Shown in pieces: positions 57,358-64,000 of a stretch of DNA of 64,000 nucleotides. The notes under the pieces were generated by a model. That model saw only the letters and a list, made by a program, of their open reading frames with translations. It made no database searches and was not told the DNA's origin. Source of the stretch: Longimicrobiales bacterium. Its GTDB lineage: Bacteria > Gemmatimonadota > Gemmatimonadetes > Longimicrobiales > Gaopeijiaceae. Every line of letters starts with the position of its first letter. Position 1 is the stretch's first letter. Location of the stretch: positions 288,001 through 352,000 of the forward strand of contig JAWLHJ010000005.1 in assembly GCA_041690395.1 (NCBI GenBank), in the 5' to 3' direction. The position numbers and the translations under genes were made by a program.

Positions 57358-59999
57358 GCGCCCGCGCCGAGCGCACGCGCCAGCACCTGCAGGAGCGTGC
57401 CCGCCGTGTACGGCTTTGGGATGAAGGCCTTCACTCCCGAGTCCGCCGCGCGGACCAAGCCCCCGTCCGTCCCGATGCCGCTCGCGGCCACGATGCGGAC
57501 GTCCGGGTCCATCCGCCTCAGAGCGCGGATCAGGGTCGACCCGTCCATGATGGGCATCATGAGGTCGGTCAAAACGAGGTCGACGTCGTCTCCGCGCCTA
57601 CCGTACAGTGCGACCGCGTCGGCACCGTCCGTCGCGGTGAGCACCCTGTAGCCGAAGGCTTCGAGGGTCTGCCGGGTGATGTCTCGTACCGAAGCTTCGT
57701 CGTCGACCACCAGGATCAGCTCTTCGTTGCCCCGAGGGAGCTCGGCCTCGGGCGGACGAGGGGCCAGCGACTCCCCGTCGGTTCCGCCGGCGGGCAGGTA
57801 CACCCGGAACGTCGTCCCGCGTCCGGGCTCGCTGTAGACGTTCACGAATCCATCGTGTCCGCGGACGATGGCCGCCACCGTGGAGAGGCCGAGCCCCGTG
57901 CCCTTCCCGACCTCCTTGGTCGTGAAGAACGGGTCGAAGACCTGTTGGACGACCCCGGGCGGCATGCCCTCACCGGTGTCGATCACGGAGAGCCGAACAT
58001 ACGGCCCGGGCTCGGCCTGGCCGCTGAGCTCGGCGTAGTGCTCGTCGATGGAGACGTTCGCAGCGTCCAGCCGAAGCGTTCCTCCGTCAGGCATGGCGTC
58101 ACGCGCGTTGACGAAGAGGTTGAGGAGTACCTGGTGGATCTGGGTCGGGTCTCCGAGGAGCGGCCACAGGTCGTCGGGGAGGTCGTTACGAAGCGTGATG
58201 TTCTTCGGAAAAGTGTCCCGTACGACGCGCCCCACGTCGGTCGCGACACGCTTCACGTCCAGGGCGACCCGCGCGCTCTCCACACCCCGCGCGAACGAGA
58301 GTACCTGCCGCACCATGTCGGCCCCACGCCGGGCGCTGTCTTCGATGGTCTCGAGGGTTTCGCGCGTCTCGGCGTCCTCGGCGTCCAGCTTCAGCAGCTC
58401 GATGGAGAGGAGGATGGGCGCGAGCACGTTGTTCAGATCGTGGGCGATGCCGCTCGCGAGTGTGCCGATGCTTTCCATGCGCTGGGCCCTGAGGAACTGA
58501 GCCAGCAGCTTCTTCCGCTCGGTCACGTCCGTGTTGATCGCGAGAATGCGGCCGGGCTCACCGTCGTCGTCGCGGACGAGCGTCCAGCGTCCCTCGACCG
58601 TGATCGTCGTGCCGTCCTTGCGAACCTGCTCCAGCTCGCCGACCCACTCTCCCCGGTCAAGCACCGTCGACGTGGCCGCCCGGAACGCCTCCGGAGCCTC
58701 ATAGAGGAGCTCTTCGACCCGGCGTCCGACGGCTTCCTCCGTGGACCATCCGTAGAGCCGCTTCGCGCTCGGGTTCCAGAACGTGATCGTATGGTCGAGC
58801 TCACGGACGATGATGGCGTCCTGGGCCTTGGCCAGGAGCTCCGCCTGCTCCCGAACCCGCCGCTCGGCTTCCACCCGGTCGGTCTCGTCGGACATGCCGC
58901 CGACCATGCGGAGGGGCTCGCCGTCGTCGTCGCGCACGACGTAGCCACGATCATGCACGCGCGCGTACCCACCGTCCCCGCGAAGGAAGCGGTATCGATC
59001 CTCCCAGCTCTCCCCGCCCCCGTCGATCGCCGTCTGGATGCTGGTCACGACACGTGCATGGTCCTCAGGGTGAACACGGGCGGTCCACGACGAGGAGTCC
59101 CGCGCCATGTCGTTGTGAGCGAGGCCGAAGGTCCGCTGCAGCCCTTCGCTCCACCACACGGCGTCGGTGCGGAGGTCCCAGTCCCAGATGGCGTCGGCGG
59201 TGGCGCGGGCCACGCGCTGGAAGCGCTCGCCGTTCTCCCGGATCAGCTCCGCCGCGCGACGCTCGTCGGATACGTCCCGGAAGTAGACGGCCAACCCTTC
59301 GGCCGACGGGTATGCGCGGACTTCGAACCAGCGACCGAGGGGATCGTAAAGTTGGTTGAAACGGACCGCCTCGCGGCTCTCCACGGCGCGAGTGTACATG
59401 ACCTCCCACTGGGTGCCGCGGGCGTCGGGGAACCGGTCCCAGATGCGCGCACCGAGGAGCTCGTCGCGGGGCCGCTCGAGGAGCCGCTCGGCCTCCTGGT
59501 TCACGTAGGAGAATCGCCATTCGCGGTCGAGCGTGAAGAACGCATCGGTGATGCTCTCCAGGATCGTGGCCAGCCGCTGGGCGAGCTCACGAGACCGCTG
59601 CTCGCTCTGCGCCAGCCGCTCCTTCGCCTCCCGCCGATCGGTGTGGTCCTCGATGACTGCGACGGCGCGTGCCGGCTCGTCGCCTTCCCCCTGGACCACG
59701 GAGACGCTCACCCGGCCCCAGAGTGAGCCGCCGTCGGGTCGCACGAAGCGCTTTTCGAGCACGAAGCCGTCGCGAACCCCTTCCAGCACCTCATTGTAGA
59801 GAACGAGATTCGCCTCTCGGTCCTCGTCGTGCGTGAGGTCGAGGAAGGACCGACCCTCGATCTCGTCGGGCCTCCGCCCGACCATGGTTCGAAACGCGGA
59901 GTTGGCGTATTCGATCCTGGTGTCCGCGCCAGCGATCGCGACACCCGTCGTCCAGCGTTCGAACGCGTCCTCCCAGGGCGTCTGCGGTGGCGTTGGCAT
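57354..59999 (-). CDS. Cytoplasmic multi-PAS hybrid sensor histidine kinase with receiver domain
   Basis: Four PAS-like domains; GIAHDLNN, QVLLNLFVNARDAM, FDPFFTTK...GTGLGL; receiver domain VVDDE...DLMMP...KP. Confidence 0.94.
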   Translation of the reverse strand: MPTPPQTPWEDAFERWTTGVAIAGADTRIEYANSAFRTMVGRRPDEIEGRSFLDLTHDEDREANLVLYNEVLEGVRDGFVLEKRFVRPDGGSLWGRVSVSVVQGEGDEPARAVAVIEDHTDRREAKERLAQSEQRSRELAQRLATILESITDAFFTLDREWRFSYVNQEAERLLERPRDELLGARIWDRFPDARGTQWEVMYTRAVESREAVRFNQLYDPLGRWFEVRAYPSAEGLAVYFRDVSDERRAAELIRENGERFQRVARATADAIWDWDLRTDAVWWSEGLQRTFGLAHNDMARDSSSWTARVHPEDHARVVTSIQTAIDGGGESWEDRYRFLRGDGGYARVHDRGYVVRDDDGEPLRMVGGMSDETDRVEAERRVREQAELLAKAQDAIIVRELDHTITFWNPSAKRLYGWSTEEAVGRRVEELLYEAPEAFRAATSTVLDRGEWVGELEQVRKDGTTITVEGRWTLVRDDDGEPGRILAINTDVTERKKLLAQFLRAQRMESIGTLASGIAHDLNNVLAPILLSIELLKLDAEDAETRETLETIEDSARRGADMVRQVLSFARGVESARVALDVKRVATDVGRVVRDTFPKNITLRNDLPDDLWPLLGDPTQIHQVLLNLFVNARDAMPDGGTLRLDAANVSIDEHYAELSGQAEPGPYVRLSVIDTGEGMPPGVVQQVFDPFFTTKEVGKGTGLGLSTVAAIVRGHDGFVNVYSEPGRGTTFRVYLPAGGTDGESLAPRPPEAELPRGNEELILVVDDEASVRDITRQTLEAFGYRVLTATDGADAVALYGRRGDDVDLVLTDLMMPIMDGSTLIRALRRMDPDVRIVAASGIGTDGGLVRAADSGVKAFIPKPYTAGTLLQVLARALGAGA

Positions 60000-60061
60000 T
60001 CCGCATAGTACCCCTGAGCCGCTCCTCGATCCAGCCGGCGCACGAGGCGCGTCGGTTCAGC

Positions 60062-60844
60062 CTAGCCGTTCCCCCGCAGGAGCAGCACGAGTCCCATCCC
60101 CACACCCATCGCCACGACGACCCACCGGAGCTTCCGCTGGTCGAACTGCTGGATGAACGTTCCGGTCGCGTAACCGCCCAGCGTCGAGCCGATCGCCATG
60201 ACGATGGCCACCGGCCAAACCAGCACGCCGGCCACGACGAAGTAGAGGACCGCGACGCCCTTGATCGCGACGGCCAGCACGTTCTTCCACGCGTTCGCCT
60301 CGTGGAGGTCGTGCATGCCCATGAGGCCGAGGCTCGTCAGCATCAGGATCCCCATGCCGGCTCCGAAGTAGCCGCCGTACACGGAGATCACGAACTGCAC
60401 CGACATGGTGAGCACCAGCCAACCCTTGCCCCGGTGCGCCTCGTGGCCGGGTGAGCGGAGCCAGCGCCGGACTACGGGCTCGGCCGCGACCATGCCCGAG
60501 GCTACGATCACCAGCCAGGGCGCCATCGCGCCGAACCAGGTCGGCGGGAGGGCCAGCAGGAGCCAGGCCCCGATGCCGCCGCCCACGAGGGAGGGCACGG
60601 CGAACCACCACCAGTGACGGTCCGCCTCGCGGAGCGCGGTGCGGTAGCTCCAGGCCGCGCCCGCCGATCCGGGCCAGAGACCGACGCCGTTCGTCGCGTT
60701 CGCGGCCACGGGCGGAATGCCCAGCCAGATGAGGATCGGGAACGAGAGGTTCGTACCCCCTCCCGCGACCGCGTTTCCGGCGCCCGCCAGGAGCGCGGCA
60801 CCGAAGGCGGCGACGAGGAGGAACGGGTCGGTAGCGTCGATCAA
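60062..60844 (-). CDS. Sulfite exporter TauE/SafE family membrane protein
   Basis: [33 protein letters not shown] start inferred. Confidence 0.88.
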   Translation of the reverse strand: MIDATDPFLLVAAFGAALLAGAGNAVAGGGTNLSFPILIWLGIPPVAANATNGVGLWPGSAGAAWSYRTALREADRHWWWFAVPSLVGGGIGAWLLLALPPTWFGAMAPWLVIVASGMVAAEPVVRRWLRSPGHEAHRGKGWLVLTMSVQFVISVYGGYFGAGMGILMLTSLGLMGMHDLHEANAWKNVLAVAIKGVAVLYFVVAGVLVWPVAIVMAIGSTLGGYATGTFIQQFDQRKLRWVVVAMGVGMGLVLLLRGNG

Positions 60845-61032
60845 AGGTCTTCCCTGGAGGGCGGCGGAGTCGGTGGCGAGGTCGGCCCGGAAGATATATC
60901 GCGTGGCCCCCGCGCTGTACACACGGCGTCCGGCCTTTTATCCTATGCGTCTGCCTACGTCACGGACTCGCTGGACGTGGGCTCGCTCCGCACAGCGCGG
61001 GGCCACGTGTTCACGCCAGAAACTCTGATAAG

Positions 61033-61578
61033 ATGCCCGTACGTATCCGACTCCGGCGGATGGGCCGGAAGAAGCAGCCCCATTATCGCGTCGTCGTGGC
61101 CGACAGCCATTCGCCGCGCGACGGCCGGTTCGTCGAGAACCTGGGCTACTACAAGCCGCTCGCCCATCCCGCCCGCCTCGTACTCGACCTCGAGCGGGTC
61201 GACTACTGGCTGAGCGAGGGTGCCGACCCGTCCGCCACCATGAAGTCCCTCATCGCCAAGGCCCGCGCGGGCGGCGACGAGACGGTGGCGATCGGCGCGG
61301 AAGACGCCGAGGAGCAGAAGGCGAAGCGCGCCGAGGAGATCGCGGCCAAGCGAGCCGCCGAGGAGAAGGCGCTCGCGGAGAAGGCGGCTGAAGAGAAGGC
61401 GGCCGCCGAGAAGGCCGCAGCCGAGGAGAAGGCTGCCGCCGAAGCCGCGACAGCCGAGGCCGCCGCCGAAGAAGCTGCGACCGACGAGGCCGCGACGGCC
61501 GAAGCCGCCGCCGCGGAGTCCGTGGCCGAGGAAGCCGAGCCGGCTCCCTCCGAGGCCGACGCCGAGAAGGCCGAGTAA
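61033..61578 (+). CDS. rpsP: 30S ribosomal protein S16 with Ala/Glu/Lys-rich C-terminal extension
   Basis: [22 protein letters not shown]...[13 protein letters not shown]. Confidence 0.97.
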   Translation: MPVRIRLRRMGRKKQPHYRVVVADSHSPRDGRFVENLGYYKPLAHPARLVLDLERVDYWLSEGADPSATMKSLIAKARAGGDETVAIGAEDAEEQKAKRAEEIAAKRAAEEKALAEKAAEEKAAAEKAAAEEKAAAEAATAEAAAEEAATDEAATAEAAAAESVAEEAEPAPSEADAEKAE

Positions 61579-61591
61579 CCAGGCCTTCCAC

Positions 61592-62143
61592 ATGTCGCCG
61601 GGAGAGCGCCCCGACCCGCGCCATCTGGTCGTGGGGCACCTGGCGAAGGCGCACGGCATCAAGGGCGAGATGTTCGTCCAGCCGCTGACCGACCACCCCG
61701 AGGGGACATACGCCCCCGGGGTGGTCGTGTCTTTGGGGCGGAAGGAGGGGGACGGTCCGGATCCGGACCTGCCGCCGCTGCGCATCGAGTCCGTGCGCCC
61801 GTTCCGCGACGGCTTCCTGGTCGTGTTCCACGGCCTCGACGACCGGAATCAGGCCGAGTTGCTGCGGGGCACGTATGCCTACCGCGAGGCCTCCGAGCTC
61901 GAGCCGCTGGCCGAGGGCGAGCTCTTCTACCACGACCTCGTGGGCATGGAGATCGTTCTGCCGAACGGCGAGCACGTCGGCGAGGTCACGCACGTGTTCG
62001 AGATGCACCCGGCGGATCTACTCGAAGTCCGGGGTAGGGAGAAGGAGTACATGATTCCCTTCCTCGAGCGCATCGTCGTGGAGATCGACGCGGTCCGCGG
62101 TCGCATCGTGATCGACCCGCCGGAAGGGCTCCTGGATCTCTAG
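61592..62143 (+). CDS. rimM: Ribosome maturation factor RimM
   Basis: AHGIKGE, FYHDLVG, MIPF...PPEGLLDL. Lies between rpsP and trmD. Confidence 0.95.
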   Translation: MSPGERPDPRHLVVGHLAKAHGIKGEMFVQPLTDHPEGTYAPGVVVSLGRKEGDGPDPDLPPLRIESVRPFRDGFLVVFHGLDDRNQAELLRGTYAYREASELEPLAEGELFYHDLVGMEIVLPNGEHVGEVTHVFEMHPADLLEVRGREKEYMIPFLERIVVEIDAVRGRIVIDPPEGLLDL

Positions 62144-62159
62144 CAGGTCGCGTGCACCC

Positions 62160-62828
62160 ATGCGCATCAACATCGTCTCGATTTTCCCCGGCTTCTTCGA
62201 GGGCCCGCTCGGCCTCTCGATCCCGAAGCGGGCGGCGGAGGCCGGCCTCGTCACCTACCGGCTGGTCGACCTGCGCGACTTCACGCACGATCCGCACCGG
62301 ACGGTGGACGACGTGCCGTACGGCGGAGGGGCGGGGATGGTCATGAAGCCCGAGCCGTTCTTCGAGGCGGTCGACGAGATCCGGCCGAAGGGCCCCGTCG
62401 TGCTCCTGTCCGCGCGCGGGCGTCCGTTCCGACACGAAGACGCGGTGCGCTACAGCGTCTCGCCCGAGCTGACGCTGCTGTGCGGCCACTACAAGGACGT
62501 CGATCAGCGCGTGGCCGACCATCTGGCGACCGAAGAGGTCTCGCTCGGCGACTTCGTGCTCTCGGGCGGGGAGATCGGCGCGCTGGCGATCACGGACGCG
62601 GTAGTGCGACTGCTCCCGGGAGCCATGGGCGACCACGACGCAGCCGCGACCGACTCGTTCTACGACGACGACCGTTCGCTCAGCGCTCCGTCCTACACGC
62701 GGCCCGCGGAGTACCGGGGCCACGAGGTCCCCGAAGTCCTGCGGTCGGGGGATCACGCGCGGATCGCTGCCTGGCGGAAGGCCCAGGCCGAGCGGCTCAC
62801 CCGTGACCGACGCCCCGACCTGATTTGA
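62160..62828 (+). CDS. trmD: tRNA (guanine37-N1)-methyltransferase
   Basis: VDDVPYGGGAGMVM, CGHYKDVDQRV, SLGDFVLSGGE, YTRP. Confidence 0.96.
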   Translation: MRINIVSIFPGFFEGPLGLSIPKRAAEAGLVTYRLVDLRDFTHDPHRTVDDVPYGGGAGMVMKPEPFFEAVDEIRPKGPVVLLSARGRPFRHEDAVRYSVSPELTLLCGHYKDVDQRVADHLATEEVSLGDFVLSGGEIGALAITDAVVRLLPGAMGDHDAAATDSFYDDDRSLSAPSYTRPAEYRGHEVPEVLRSGDHARIAAWRKAQAERLTRDRRPDLI

Positions 62829-62890
62829 CGGGGCGCACCCGGACCCGCATATGTGTCCGGTTCCGACCATCCCCTCGCCGGAGGCATCTC

Positions 62891-64000
62891 TTGCGCGTCT
62901 TCGTCGTGATCGGCACGGCGCTCTTCGGCGCCGCGCTCCTGCTTCCCGAGCGGGCGCCCGTGGTTTCCGCCCTCACCGGGGCTCCGGTGCCGGGCGTCGG
63001 CCTGGAGCATTCTCTCGGATATCTGGTCCTGGCGCCGATCTTCGGGGTCATGGACTACCTCACCGTGCTCACCATGCCCCAGCACGTCACCTGGATCGTC
63101 AGCGTCTTTCTGGCGTTCGGCGTCTGGCGCGTGGCCCGTCGACGCACACCCCGCGGGTGGGGCGTGCGCGGGCTGATCGAAGGTGGGGCCCTCGCGGGCT
63201 TCACCGTCGCCCTGGCCGCCTTCGTCCTGGCGGGCGCGCTCGCCTACCGGCCGATGGCGCGTCTGGTCGTGGACGATCCGGACATCGTGGTGGTCGACTT
63301 CCACAGCCACACCCGCGGCTCGCACGACGGCCGCTGGGACTTCACGGCCGAGCGGAACCGGAGCTGGCATCGAGGGGCAGGGACGCACGTCGCCTTCATC
63401 GCCGATCACGACAGCGTGGCGCCCGTGCTCCGCGCCATGGCCCGCAACCCGCGTCGTGCGGGGGACGGCACCGTGGTCCTCCCGGCCCGTGAGTTCGTGT
63501 ACGCGGGCCAGCACGTGGTCGCGTTGGGCACAGTCGATCCGCGCGCCCGTGCCGAGGCACGCGCGTGGCAGCCGGACCCGACGGCTCCGCCGGGGCCGCA
63601 CGCCGTCGGCGACGACGGCCCCGGCACGCGTTGGTGCGACGGGTGGCCGGTCCTCATCCAGACCATTCCGAACGATCTCGGGCGGGTGCCGGTCCCGTCT
63701 TGCGGGCCGGGCGGGGCGGGTGTCGAGGCCATCGAGCTCCTGGACGGCGATCCCCGCGGTCTGCTGCAGAGCGACGTCGAGCGTGAGCGGATCCTGGCGA
63801 TCGCCGACAGCCTGGGCCTGGCTCTCGTGTCCGCGTCGAACCTGCACGGGTGGGGTGCCACCGCGGCGAGCTGGAACCTGATCCGGATCCCGGGATGGCG
63901 GGACATGACTCCGGAAGCCGTGGGGGCGCGCATAGAGTGGTTGCTCCGCTACGGAGGGCGCGACGCGGTGGAGGTCGTCGCCTACCGGCGCCCCTCGATG
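62891..64000 (+). CDS. Membrane-anchored PHP-like metallophosphoesterase (3' end outside window)
   Basis: The frame from TTG 62891 (after GGAGG) is open to the window end and is missing from the ORF track. TM segments, then DFHSHT...SHDG, IADHD, SNLHGWG. Confidence 0.75.
   Translation, partial: MRVFVVIGTALFGAALLLPERAPVVSALTGAPVPGVGLEHSLGYLVLAPIFGVMDYLTVLTMPQHVTWIVSVFLAFGVWRVARRRTPRGWGVRGLIEGGALAGFTVALAAFVLAGALAYRPMARLVVDDPDIVVVDFHSHTRGSHDGRWDFTAERNRSWHRGAGTHVAFIADHDSVAPVLRAMARNPRRAGDGTVVLPAREFVYAGQHVVALGTVDPRARAEARAWQPDPTAPPGPHAVGDDGPGTRWCDGWPVLIQTIPNDLGRVPVPSCGPGGAGVEAIELLDGDPRGLLQSDVERERILAIADSLGLALVSASNLHGWGATAASWNLIRIPGWRDMTPEAVGARIEWLLRYGGRDAVEVVAYRRPSM

Overview
High-GC bacterial chromosomal window. 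The gene repertoire (ADOP/PadR pairs, ECF-Ser/Thr kinase pairs, many lipoproteins) suggests Gemmatimonadota or a similar lineage; this is an inference. Housekeeping anchors are trpS (5'-truncated), purA, pheA, ffh and rpsP-rimM-trmD, and accessory genes lie between them. Highlights: (1) A tandemly duplicated two-gene module at 41.7-43.1 kb. Each copy has a signal-peptide leader ORF ending in LLGLxAAPANAPPH, whose Asn-Ala-Pro-Pro codons are complementary to the Shine-Dalgarno region of a downstream ~65-aa membrane protein gene. This is a candidate new ribosome-stalling translational attenuation system ahead of a DAACS/TerC-remnant/DASS transporter operon. (2) A 3.2-21.1 kb surface-protein region with two ECF43-like sigma factors, two membrane Ser/Thr kinases, a stand-alone kinase N-terminal domain, a cholesterol-dependent-cytolysin-like lipoprotein with FG-GAP repeats, a Gly-rich lipoprotein and a ZU5(HFS)-DUF11 lipoprotein. 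(3) A doubly in-frame-deleted TerC gene. (4) A terminator-like hairpin in the purA leader. (5) An AbiEi/DUF559 nuclease gene flanked by many local tandem duplications. I recognised no rRNA, tRNA, CRISPR array or transposase. All calls come from visual motif recognition, without database searches.
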